Positions 45,873 through 58,819 of a DNA stretch of 64,000 bases are shown piece by piece. Positions within the stretch are counted from its first letter, which is position 1. Every line of letters begins with the position of its first letter. The notes below the pieces were generated by a model. It worked only from the letters and a program-made list of their open reading frames with translations. It searched no databases and was not told where the DNA came from. The translations under genes and the position numbers were made by a program. This DNA is from the human T2T-CHM13v2.0 reference genome, Homo sapiens, in the NCBI RefSeq assembly GCF_009914755.1, contig NC_060934.1. One strand, given 5' to 3'.

Positions 45873-47756
45873 ATAGAGCCAGTTTTGAAACAGGATTTAA
45901 ACAAGATCTGTTCAGCTCCAACATTAACCTTTTGCTATGACACTGTGACAGCAATTAAACAACCATAAATCACAGGTTAAAACTGATATATTTCAAAGAC
46001 ATTTTAAGAATTAGAGACCTCACCACAATGCATAATACTTGTTTTTGGGTAGTTTTCTTCAGTGAATTCTAATGCTATAGGTATTACTGGCAGAAATTTT
46101 CTAGGAAAAGAGCAGAGTATAAAAATAATAAATAAGACAAGCATATGGAAAGAAAAAGTCAGTTGCAGAGGAAGAAAAGTTAAAAGGATTGTGTCTTTTT
46201 AAGGCGGTGAATAATACTTAGTAGATCATCTCAAATGTTTCTGATTTCTGGCTCTGCTTCCAGAATAGCAATCCATTTTAAGCAGTTAAATACACTAAAT
46301 TTCTGACAGTGTAATATACAATACTTTATGTATTTTATTGGAAAAATATTTTAATATATCTGGTCTCATATATTTCCTAATAGAATATACCACCACCATT
46401 ATTATGGAACTCAATTATAAAAATATGAACCATTTGACAGAAATTGGCTATCCTGAAAAATTGGAATACATATGCATTATTGATCAAAATATGCTTACAG
46501 TACCAAAAAAGCATAGAGTTAGTTCAGTGTTTTTAAAGCTTGATATTATGATACCAAGCAATAGCCGCTGAAATAGAAAGGAGTATACTTTATAAAATTA
46601 AAATCAGGTTTTTAAAAAATTTTCTTCAGAGGGCTAACTGGTCCATAATTGTTTTTAAGTTTCTTGCTGAAAAATTGAAATAGGTCCCAGGAGAACTTAT
46701 GGCACTGATAAAGTAAAACTGTCACTTTCCAGTTTGGTCGTCAAATATATCATCCCTCTGTCTATTACACACAGCAGTTCTGCCACAAATCTTGTTTCTA
46801 CTCACAATTAATTAAGCAAAACTAAAATGTTTAAAGCTACCACAAATCAAATTTAATTTAAATGGCTACAATAACTTAAACAGAGATAAATGAAATGACT
46901 TTCTTATGCTTCATTACTTCCTCTAATTCCTTTTAAAACATTTCTGTAGAAGAAGTTCTGAGGATGAGGAGACAGGGGTGGACCAATGAGATTTCAATTA
47001 AACTACCAAAGTAATACCTTAACCGCAGGTGGTCCCAGGACCAGTTATTTCCACTTATTCCATTCCCTTTGCCACACAGACACTTTAATGTGAATTTTAA
47101 AGATATATATGTTACAATTTTCAGAGTCTGATTTATCTTAAAACTTTAAACCATATGACATTTCTAATGTAAAAATGTAATCTTGATTTAGGTGCTTAAT
47201 TAAAAGGATGGCTGCTTTATTAATAACTCAATTATAAGTTTAAAATATGTCATAGTATAATCTAATGATTGTACTGTTTTCCCCCATGGGACCTTTAAAT
47301 ACACACAAAATAATTCTATGCCCTGATAGAATTCTATTTTTTGTTGTTGCTAAGACAATTTATTTTTGTTATTTCGTGACTTCACTGCATTTTATTGCAT
47401 TTCTGTGATTTCTTTTTTTACTGCAGCATCTCTAAAATCTCTTCTTACAGTTTGGGCATAGAATTGAGAGCAAAATGGAATTTATCGCAACTACCTCATG
47501 CATTTTTTCTTAAATTGAAATCAGATTACACAAATACTTATGTTTTGTTTCCATGGTTATGCAAGAAAATAGTTTTTCAGTCACTTATACAAATCTATGC
47601 AGAATTTATACATGTATTGCTTATTTTATTTTATCTTTTTATCAAACTTAGCATGTTAGGAAACATTACTAAATTCTGAAAATGTTAGGAATTTAATTAA
47701 TAATGTATTTGTAGCCTCGACCATCTTAAGAAAAATATATGGTGTTGGCTGGTTAA

Positions 47757-48068
<312 letters not shown>

Positions 48069-49139
48069 TTCTATTTAATTTTTTAATAGGCAGGCATTAA
48101 TGTCAGTTAATGCTATATAAAATGACATATATGGAGAAGTCTCAATACCAAAATTGCCTTCTATTCCAGTATCCACTCCCCTTCCACATATGCATACTTT
48201 TAGGGAACTCTATAACTAGTTTATTTATTTCAGTATTTCTCTTAGGAAAATGTAATGAAATGCATATTTGTATACCCCTACTTTTGTATAAAAAGTAGCT
48301 TCCTATATTATGCATATACACTATTCTCTCCCTTGCTTTCTTTAATAATATTTCCTTATGAACAACTCATATCAGTATATAGACATCTTCATTCATAAAG
48401 GAGACCCTACAAACTACTAAGTATTTATTACTAGTTACCAGGAATCAAAAGAATAGCCTTTTAGCCATCCTTTGAAGTATATCCATATGCCGTTCAAGAC
48501 TCTAAAACCTGTAAGGGCTACTCCACAGCTCTAGCACATGGCTTTCCTTTCCAAGGCCCTTCTCCACACAAAGACAAAGGGGAATGTACATTAGCACCAT
48601 ATCATGTACAGGTAAACTAGAGTGGAATAGAGAAAGCCTACAGATATGGAAGTAGCAGAGAGGCCCATGAAGCTGTCCTTATGCCCCAGAGAGGTTTGCT
48701 TTGCCCCAGTGGGCATAGTTGCTTTAAATATATCATTGAAAGGACTCCAGGAAAGAGTTCCTGACACCCAAATATCTCTATATATCATTTATAGAGAAAG
48801 TGGGGAAGGGTTTCTCTACTCTAAATGACTATGTAAAAATAGGTCCTTCTTGGTGAAGAAAATGGTCTTGTGGAAAGAGGTAACCACTGGTTCTCAATGC
48901 CTGATAACAGCAGTCATTTTCATTGCACTAACTTGGACCTGCTGAGCCAGCTTATTGCAAAGCAAGTAACAGGGAAGGGAATGAGCCTCCAGGGTCATCT
49001 GGGTTTGTTTCTCTTCATTAAGTGTTTTTTATTTTTTTTCATAAGCATTGCTGCTTATTCATAGATACACATAGAGATGCAGAATCAAAATGAGACATGA
49101 ATGCTGGTTATCAGCTGCACTCACTCACTAAGTGGCTTT

Positions 49140-49433
<294 letters not shown>

Positions 49434-49830
49434 GAAGTGGCTTTTTTATATCTCAGCTTTATACTATGAGGTGAAAATTTGAGTCTTAGTAAAATTCAAA
49501 ATACTGGCCCTTCCAGGTCTTTTTCAGATGGCTGAAGCTAGTCAAACCAGGAGTAGCAACTGCCTCTACTGAATAAAATACAACAGTGTAAATCTAATAT
49601 AATAAAAAGAACTAGACCTGCCTCAGTAGAATATGATCTGGTTTACACTGAGTAATAGATACTTTATTTAACAGGAGTTACTCCAAACTTTCATGCAAGT
49701 ATTCATTAGACCTCTCCCACTCTCTGGACACCACATAGGATCTAAAGGAATATGAGTTGGGGTCCAGCATAAAGACAATTACAGACAATAGGATAAGACA
49801 AATGGCACTCTGTTAATAAAGCATGTATTC

Positions 49831-50137
49831 TGTTTGTTTGGTTGGTTGGTTTTTTGAGCCACAGTTTCACTCTCGTAACTCAGGCTGCAATGCAGTGGCA
49901 TGATCTCAGGTCACTGCAACCTCTGCCTCCTGGGCTCAAGTGATCCACCCACCTTGGCCTCCTGAGTATCTGGAACTACAAGCCTGCACCACCATGCCCA
50001 GCTAATTTTTGTATTTTTTGTAGATACAGCATTTCACCATGATGCTCAGGCCAGTCTCAAACTCCTGAGCTCAAGCAATTCACGCGCCTCAGCTTCCCAA
50101 AGTATTGGGATTACAGGCATGAGCCACCACACCTGGT
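49831..50137 (-). mobile_element. AluJb-like
   Basis: cctgggctcaagtgatcc; ctcctgagctcaagc; (TTTG/TTGG) tail. Confidence 0.9.
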
Positions 50138-51000
50138 ATTTTTAACCAGGGAAAATATTAGTACTTAGGAGATCTGATAGAGGCAGAAGCAGTAAAGGGC
50201 AGTTTGTTGAAATAATATGAAAAGTTTTCCTGTAGAATATGCAAATTTTGACTGGTTAGAAAGTCAGAAAGAAATGCTTTTGTTCTGAGGATATAAACCT
50301 TCTAAATTGCTCTTGAAGGTTGAAATTTTTTGGTTGCTGTTTTGTTGCTTCATGTTTTAATTATTATTATATTTATATCTCTCTTGTTAAATCTGGGGTA
50401 TGGGGAACAGTGCCATTACCAGAGAAGAATTTACAGGATTAACCTTAAATAGAAGAAAGTGTCTCTCTTCTAAGTATTAAGAAATTATCTCTGTAATAGT
50501 GAACTTATCGGTAATATGATTCAGGGACAATCATTCTATGAAATATAATTAAATGCCCAATATTCTTCTTTTTTAAAAAAAGTTTCTATTAGATTTTTAA
50601 AGTACAGCTATAATTCATGTTGTTTGTAACAAAAGTTGCAAAGATTAAAAAGAACTAATATTTTACCACTTGTCCTCCTTTCTCAGTCTCTGAAGTATAA
50701 TCAAAATGATATGATATATAGTGTTCTCATTTTATCCAGGTGTTTTATGCATCTGTAGTATCATGTCTTTGTTTGTAGAACAACAGATGACTCTCCCTCA
50801 TTTATTTTTAAAGGCTACATAATACTCCATAGAATAACTGTACCATGGTATTTCAGACAGCCTTTTGAGGGACACTCAGGTTGCTTTCAGTTTTTTTTTT
50901 TTTTTTTTTTTTGTCGTTGTTGCGCCAATGCTCTTAACAGTAGAAAAATACCTTTCAATATATATCTATATTTAGTGGCTGTTTTATACCTGTAAGATAC

Positions 51001-51172
51001 GTTTATAAAAGTATGTAAAATATGTTTATATTAGTATGCATATTATGTTTAGTATAGTATGTATAGTATGTATGTATAGTATGTATAGTATGTATGTATA
51101 GTATGTTATGTTTATATTAGCATGTATGTATATTAATATGCTTATAAAAGTATGTAAGATGTGTTTATAAAA
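51001..51172. repeat. Low-complexity (TAGTATG/TATG)n tract bounded by a ~30-bp direct repeat
   Basis: ttataaaagtatgtaa.at.tgtttata at ~51003 and ~51142, around tagtatgtatg units. Confidence 0.75.
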
Positions 51173-51661
51173 ATTGAACTCTGGATTCAATTTTAATTTG
51201 TATAGAGACTGCTAGTTTATTAATTTATCAAAATCCACATCACCATATACTTAGTCACACTAGATGCTATCCCCATTTTTGTTCTTCTGAAGGGTGATAC
51301 AAGGCAGCTCATTATTGTTTTATTTCCTATATCCTTGATTGTAAACAGAATTGAAACTCATATCCTTATTGCTCAAATATTTTCCTTCTCTGTAATTTAC
51401 TTTTCCATTTTTCTGATGAATCATTTGCTTTTCTTAGTATTTTCAGGAGCTTGTCATATATTATGGGCATTAATGTCGGGTCATTTACAATAAAAACATT
51501 TTTCTTGTCAATTTTTTGTTCTTTTACTCTGTTTATAGTATAGTATTGCCTATATTTTTAGTTATATTTTATGTAAACCAGTCCTGGCTTGTTTAAGAAA
51601 AATCTCACCACAAAAATGTTGCACAAATAGTATCTACTAGTTTTTAAAAATAATATATATA

Positions 51662-52078
51662 TGCTATGGTTTGAATGTATTCCTCGAAAATTCATGTTGA
51701 AATCTAATCCCCATGGTGTTGGTATGAATAGGTGAGATGTTTGCAGAAGTGATTAGTCGTGAGGTCTCTGCCCTCGAGGATGGGATTAGTGCCCTTATCA
51801 AAGTGACTGAAGGAGTCCCTTTGGCTCATTCTGCCAGAACACAGCATTCCCCTTTTCATTATGTGAGGATACAGTACTTCCTGCTTCCTCCATATGAGGA
51901 ATACAGTGAGAAAGTGCCATCTCTGAAGCAGGGAGAGAGCCCTCATTTGACACCAGAGCTGCTGGGTCTTTGAACTTGTACTTCTCAGCCTCCAGGACTA
52001 TGAGAAATAAATAAATAAATAAATTATCCACTCTAAAGTAATTTGTTATAGCAGCAGGAGCAGGTTCAGGCTAAGGCA
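51662..52078 (+). mobile_element. MaLR solo LTR (MLT1A/MSTC-D-like)
   Basis: tgctatggtttgaatgtattcc...gatgggattagtgcccttat...cttctcagcctccaggactatgagaaataaat...ttgttatagcagca...ctaaggca. Confidence 0.88.
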
Positions 52079-52170
52079 TTATGTGTGTATGTATTTATAA
52101 AATGTTGCACAAATAGTAACTACTAGCTTTTAAAACTAAATATATATTTATATGCTATGTATATATGTAC

Positions 52171-52703
52171 ACTGACAGCTACTTATCATATTCAATAAGT
52201 TTTAAATAGATTACAAATCTAAATGTACAGTTATATACATTAATTTTGACCTTACATGTAATGAACATGCATTATATTTAGATATTTATGTATATAATTT
52301 AACTACATAGTTATAATTAACTGTAATTTAACTACGTAGTTAACAATACTTGTTATAGTTTATAGTTCAATTATAGTTAACTATATAGTAAAATTATGTG
52401 CACATATATCTAAATATGAATAAATGCATATATATCTAACGCATATATATGTATATATAAAGCTAAATATAGTTAACTATATAGTTAATTATAACTAGTT
52501 ATAATATATAATATATAAATATATATAACTCTATATTTATAGTTAACTGCATAGTTAGCCATATCATTAAAATATATGCATATGTATATTTAAATATAAG
52601 GAATGTTCATTATACATAAGATTAAAGTCAACATATATAATTGCACATTTAGATTATTAATTTCTTTAAAAATTATTATTGAACATTGTAAGTAGCTGTC
52701 AGT
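52171..52703. repeat. Imperfect long inverted repeat (arms ~52171-52300 and ~52570-52703) with an AT-rich palindromic spacer
   Basis: actgacagctactta...aatctaaatgt...taatgaacat...ttatattta pairs with taaatataa...atgttcatta...acatttagatt...taagtagctgtcagt. Confidence 0.9.
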
Positions 52704-53358
52704 TTTTTGTTTTCCATGTAAATATCCAATTAAGCCAGCCATAACTATTAACTAATAACTTCATTAGTTAAATGGGTACTGAATTCAATCAAATCATTTT
52801 GTGGAATTCACTATACAATTATATTTTTCTTCTTTTATTGTGTTTTTATCAATTATACTGTTAGTTTTTCTAATGTATGAACACCCTTACACTTTTAAAA
52901 TAAAGTATTCTTGATCACAAATGATATTCTTATTGCACTGTAAAATTTGATATACTTTTACTTTATTTAGAATGGTAGCATTCTTAATCATAAGTAAAAT
53001 TAGTTTGTAGTTTACATTCTTATGCATCTTTTTCAGATTATTAAAATTACAGTTCTATATAAATTAAATTAAGCTGAGTATCATCCATTTTTATAGTCTT
53101 TCACTTTAATAACAATGGAATAAACTATCTCATTATTATAGCAAAAAAAATTAAACCATAAAAGTATCAGGCCCTTGTATTTATTTGTAATGGTAAATAT
53201 TCTTCAATATGTTTTTCCAAACTTCAATAAAAGTTTTTCTTTTCCTTCTTTATGGTTTCTAAATGTCCTTGAGTTAACAATGGACTTGGATTATTATTTC
53301 ATAATCTTTCTAATCCACAATGAACTTATTTTGGTTTTTCTTTGTTTTCCATAATGGT

Positions 53359-53723
53359 TGATATGGTTTGGCTGTGTCCCCACCCAAATCTCATCTTGAA
53401 TTGTAACTCACACAATTCCCACGTGTCATGGGGGGAACCCCGTGGGAGGTGATTGAATTATGGGGGTGGATATTTCCTGGTCTGTTCTCGTGATAGTGAA
53501 TGAGTCTCATGAGATCTGATGGTTTTAAAAACAAGAGTTTTTCTGCACAAGCTCTCTTTGCCTGGCACCATCCATGTAAGATGTGACTTGCTCCTCCTTG
53601 CCTTCCACCATGATTGTGAGGCCTTGCCAGGCATGTGGAACTGTAAGTCCCTTAAGCCTCTACTTTTGGAAATTGCCCGTCTCGGGTATGTCTTTATCAG
53701 CAGTGTGAAAGCAGACTAATACA
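53359..53723 (+). mobile_element. THE1 (A/B) solo LTR
   Basis: tgatatggtttggctgtgtccccacccaaatctcatc...gactaataca; perfect 5-bp TSD atggt (53354-58, 53724-28). Confidence 0.96.
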
Positions 53724-53774
53724 ATGGTGTTTGCCAAAATATATCTATTATGGTCTTTTAAAAAAATAGCTTAA

Positions 53775-54027
53775 TTTTTTTCTATTTTTTTATTTTTAAT
53801 TTTTATAGATATATAATAGTCATACATATTTATGGGCTACATGTAATATTTTGATACCAGCATACGATGTGTAATGATCAAATCAGGGTAACTAAGATAT
53901 CCATTATCTCAAGCATTTATCATTTCCTTGTGTTGGGGTCATTCTAAATATCTTCTATTTTGAAATATATAATAGATTATTATTAACTATAGTTACCCTA
54001 TAATGCTATTGAACACTACTTATTCCT
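53775..54027 (-). mobile_element. L1MA (MA3-5-like) 3' end
   Basis: catatttatgggctacatgtaatattttgatac...gtaatgatcaaatcagggta. Confidence 0.88.
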
Positions 54028-54354
54028 CAGGTAAAACTACTTATCATTCCATTTATTTTTATTAGCTGATTTTCTAGTTCATTATAATCACATATTTTTG
54101 TTTTAAACCTGATTTCTTAAGGTAAAAACTTATCTTTTAATACTTTTACTGAGGAATAATGTTATGCTATACAGTGTAGCATTGTAAGTGTACAATACAA
54201 TTATTTTTAATAAGGGATGGGACTGTATTTCTTGAGTTGTTTCCCTTCAGTGGCTTCAATCCATTATTAGGTCCTTGTCTAATTTATATATTTGCATTTC
54301 TCTTACGAAGTATAAACTGTATTTAATAAACTTTTAAAATGCAATTATAAAATT

Positions 54355-54640
54355 GATTCATCACTTGAGCAAATATGTTTTATTCCTTCATAAGATGTCA
54401 ATAATTGGTTCAAGAGTTGGTAATATAATATGTATTCAATCTAGTGGCAGAAATAGACAAGAAAAGACTTAATTGTAATTCAGAATGTCATGTCTAAATT
54501 GATATTTAGATAAAGTACTATGGGGACAACTTATGAAGGACTGGTTACTTCTAGCTTGAAGGAAGTGTGATAGGAGGGCTGAGATAAGATAAAGTTTTCA
54601 CGAAGAAGCTCACATCTGACATAGCTTTCAGAGACTTTCT
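54355..54640 (-). mobile_element. L2 fragment
   Basis: caatctagtggcagaaatagacaag...aagtactatgggga. Confidence 0.55.
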
Positions 54641-54825
54641 TAAAAGAGAAAAAGGAAAATGTTTTAACTAAAAAATGATAATAGTATGTGCAAATATTAG
54701 GAGTTATAATGACACATGGAATATCCATAGAATTTTGAGGATATTTACTTCTGATGCTCTTCAGTTTGTTTTCTTATGTTTGGTAACATGAAATTTAAAA
54801 AGACCAAATTCAAAAGTTTCATAAC

Positions 54826-54849
54826 AAATGAGTCACACGTGACTCATTT
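54826..54849. promoter_or_regulatory. Palindromic composite: two AP-1 sites around an E-box
   Basis: aaaTGAGTCAcacgTGACTCAttt, with TGAGTCA 54829-35, CACGTG 54836-41 and TGACTCA 54840-46. Function is inferred from motifs only. Confidence 0.5.
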
Positions 54850-56174
54850 AGCAAGAAAGGATTTCTTCACTTACAAATCTTTGGATTTCTAGAATGTACT
54901 AAAGATAGAAGTATCTCCTGTAAATATCTGATAAAAAGAGATATACTTGCCTCTGTTCTTCAGCCACTGAAGGGAAACAAGAACGACAAGCTCATCCCTA
55001 AGGATGATATCATGCACCTTCCTAATAACTTTAAATGTCTTGACATATTAAAGTTTGAGTTAAGCTACACCAGAGTTAAAAGCACCAACCAATTCCTCAG
55101 TCACTTTCTATACATGCTTCAATTCTTTTTAAAATTAGGTTGAATAATAAGTTATAGCTTAATCATTGATTTAACTAGAAATGATAATCATCTGGATCAT
55201 ATTAATATTGGAACACATAGATTGAATGCTATAGAAATAAAATTTATGTGGCTACATTTCTGCCAGGGAACTTAAGGAGTCCTATAAATCATCATTTCAG
55301 ATAATCCAAATAACCAAGAATGTGGAAATCATATTGTATCTATGCTTATTCTTGTTTATATAACCATGACAAATTATTTTTACATAATTGACACAGAATC
55401 ATTTCATTCCTGCTGTATAAAGAAGGAAAAATAAGTACCATTCAAAAACATTCTACTAAACTTGACAGAAATATTAAGACAGCAGAAGATGTTTTCAAGA
55501 TATTGAATTATGAATAAGCAGAATGCTAGAATAACCATGAAAGTTAAATATACATCCAATTTTACAAGCACTTGGAAAAATACCAGAAAATAAAGATACA
55601 GGCACTGATAATACAGATATTAATTGTAAATGATATACTATGATGGAAGTTGATAACTAATACAACTCATTAGCTAAATTATATTTCCAAAACAGGAAGC
55701 ACAGATATACATAATGGGACAAAAAGTAAAATAATGAAAACTAAGAATGTTCTAACAACACAAAGTATAAAAATTCTCATGTATACTTTCACAATATAAA
55801 GAAAACTAACAACATGTATTCTGAATTCACTGTATCAGAATGTCTTATAGACATTAATCAAAGTCTAATAATAACTAAAAATGATTTTAAGATGAGAAAG
55901 AGTGTATAAGTTTTTAAACTAAGATTCTTGGTAATTTTCAAAATGCTGTGCAAACTATGCCTATGACCCTCAAGAGCATTTTTGAAATAAAAAAGAAAGT
56001 ATGACTTTTTCCTATTATCACCTCTTCTGGCAATGCTGTACACTACCATGAGCTTTGACTACATTTTCCAGCCTTCTAAAGTGCCCTACTGAAACTTTGT
56101 TATCCTTTCTCTTTATTGAAAGTAGTCCAATTCACTGAGCTCCAGGAATGTGTAAATAATTTTCAGTAAGTCAT

Positions 56175-57140
56175 CGTTCAGTTTGAGTTTTAAGCCATTA
56201 TTTTCTTGAATATTTTTTGTGCCTCATTCTCACTCTCACCTGGGACTCTAATTAAATATATGTTAAAAGTTTTAATATTATCTCATAGACAACTTGGGCT
56301 CTGTTGATATCTTTAACTTTTTTTCTCTTTTCTTCATATTGATCTATCTTAAAGTTTAGTAATTATTTCCTTTGTCATCTTCATTCTTCTATAAAGCCCA
56401 TAAAATGTTTCTTTTTCAAATATGCGTGTTTCAGTATGTTTCAGTTTTATAATTTGCATTCAATTCTTTTAAAATATTTTCAATTTCTTTACTGAGATTT
56501 CCTATTTATTTATTAAGTTTATTTTATTAAGCATAGATTTATTGGCTGATTTATAGTCTTTATCTGAAATTTCAACATCTGGGTCGTCTCAGGGTTGGAC
56601 TCTGTTAATCATATATTTTTTCTTTGAATGTGAAGCCAGTCTGTATTGTATCCAAGTCATTATTTCTGCATTCTCTAATATTCCTCCAAAGAAAGTTACT
56701 ATTTTTATATTAGAAGGCAATTAATTGGTTAGGCTCAAATTACATACTTTGTGTGCCTATGGAGGGAGACAGCCAAAATCTCAGTGTTGTTCTTTTAGCC
56801 TTAGCTGCAGGATGTTTTGAGTCTGCTGCAGACATGCTCAATTCACCTGTCAGCCTGAGAATTGGGCAAAGTTTGTATACCAATTTGGGGGCTCTTATCT
56901 TCTGGATTTCTCTTTTCTGAGATGCCTCTCCACCTTACTTTCTAGTACCTGCAGTTATCCCAGGCTCATTCCTGGATGCCAAGAGGATAGATTCTCTACC
57001 ACAGTGTTAGTTATTTGCAGTCCACTGCACCTGCAGACTGTCCTTACACTAAGACTAAAAAATGAAAACGTATCCTATGCTGGTCCTGTCTTCCAAGTTT
57101 TGTATCATCTCCAAATCTGCCTCTGATACTTAATAATTTG

Positions 57141-57183
<43 letters not shown>

Positions 57184-57295
57184 CTATATAATATAAATTA
57201 TACATAATAAGTTTTTTTGTTTATAGTTGTGATCTGTTGGCGGGCTGGACCATTTGAAACTTACTCCTTACTCTATCATACCAGAAATGGAACTT
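56175..57295 (-). mobile_element. Old L1M 5'/ORF1 region
   Basis: agccattattttcttgaatattttttgtgcctc...ctgggactctaatta...; ends with ccagaaatggaac. Confidence 0.65.
57144..57180. repeat. (AC)18 microsatellite
   Basis: Directly visible. Confidence 0.95.
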
Positions 57296-58017
57296 TTAGT
57301 AATTAATCTGAAGGGCTGCAATCTCTATCATCACTCATAAGGTCAAGATTAAACCCATACCTTTAAACACAGCTCAAAATATTCAGCAAATAAATAAGGC
57401 AGTCACTACTGATGGTAGTAATTATTGTCCAAGACTTGTATTTTTTGGAGATATTTCTTATCCCCAAACATATCCAGCTTCAATTGGTTTATTTCTGGTA
57501 CTTAATCCTTGGTTCTACTCTTTTATTTATAATCCAGCAAATCCTCTTTGGACTTATATTTTAAATTACTCCTGACTCTCAGGTCTCCTTATCAAGGATA
57601 TTAGTCTACTGTAGACTTAAACAATCAGCTCTTTTAACATTGAGCAACTAGAGTAAAATATACCTACTACCCACCCTCTCCCATACTACGACAGGTCTTT
57701 TGGAATCTTACTTATATAGCACATTCACAAAAGACAGCCTACAAATATATCTTCTGCTGCAAAGGATGTTTGTTTTAGTGGGTCTTAAAAATATCTTGAT
57801 ATTCATTTTCAAGGGTGGATTTTTACATTAGCTGTGGCTCTTACTTGCAAGCTACTGTTAATGGCAACATTTTCCCATTTGCCGAAAGCTACTCACAATG
57901 ACAGTGGCTTCCAGCAACAATTTTCGTCAAAGGCAAGTGATAGTATATTTCGTTTTTAGAAACTCCCTGTAGTAGTTTCTGGCAATCATCTTTTTCTCTC
58001 TCTACTTTTTGAAAAAG

Positions 58018-58020
<3 letters not shown>

Positions 58021-58066
<46 letters not shown>
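58021..58066. repeat. Perfect (AT)23 microsatellite
   Basis: Directly visible. Confidence 0.97.
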
Positions 58067-58068
<2 letters not shown>

Positions 58069-58228
58069 CCCTTGAACAATTTATATGAAGCTCAATATTA
58101 GGAAAATGTCCTATTAATTTTTTAACACTCACTAGAAAGCAATATAACAAGATGACCTGTTTAAGCCCCTAGTACAGCTGTGGTAACCAAACAGTTCTTT
58201 TAGAGGAATATGTGCACATTCTCTAGAG

Positions 58229-58421
58229 TTGTTTGACAAAGAGTTGACAAACATTTTCTATAAACAGCCAGACAGTAAATATTTTGGGCTTTGTGAGGCA
58301 TACAATATTTTCCACAACAACTCAACTTTACCACTGTAGCACAAAATTAGCCATTAAAACTTTATTTACAAAAATAGGTGGCAGGCAATTTGGCCTGCGG
58401 GCTGTAGTTTTTCAATCTTTG
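58229..58421. mobile_element. MER58A (hAT-Charlie MITE), internally deleted
   Basis: gccagacagtaaatattttgggctttgtg...aaaactttatttacaaaaataggtggcagg...tggcctgcgggctgtagttt; TSD ctctagag / ctcaagag. Confidence 0.88.
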
Positions 58422-58819
58422 CTCAAGAGTATAGTGTGAAACAATTCCAATTTGCCATTGAACTTCTCCAGCATTCTTTTATGTGTCCCAAAGCAGACAG
58501 AAGTACAGAGACTCATAACTTAGAGAGAACTCTTGCATCTTAAAGGCAACTTAACTCTTGTATCTTAACAGTAACTTCCTAGGTATTGATATGAGAACTC
58601 ATTATTTCAGTGATTCCATAAGCCAAGTGACTAAGACACTTGGCGAGAGATACAAATTATGGAATTTCTGCTGTCCTACTCAACTGGAAAATCAGTATCT
58701 GTGTTATACTTGTGCCACCAAATTAAATAAACTAAACTTCATGTCACATTTTGATTTCAAAAGTGGCACCATTCTATAAAAGTTATATCTTAATCAGGAA
58801 ATAATAAAAGAAATACCTG

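Larger units (their letters stand above)
50580..53350 (-). mobile_element. Old L1ME-type element, interrupted by an LTR, simple repeats and a foldback
   Basis: aaggctacataatactccatag...ggacactcaggttgctttcag; acatttag...tttccatgtaaatatccaatt; gaattcaatcaaatcattttgtgg. Confidence 0.6.
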
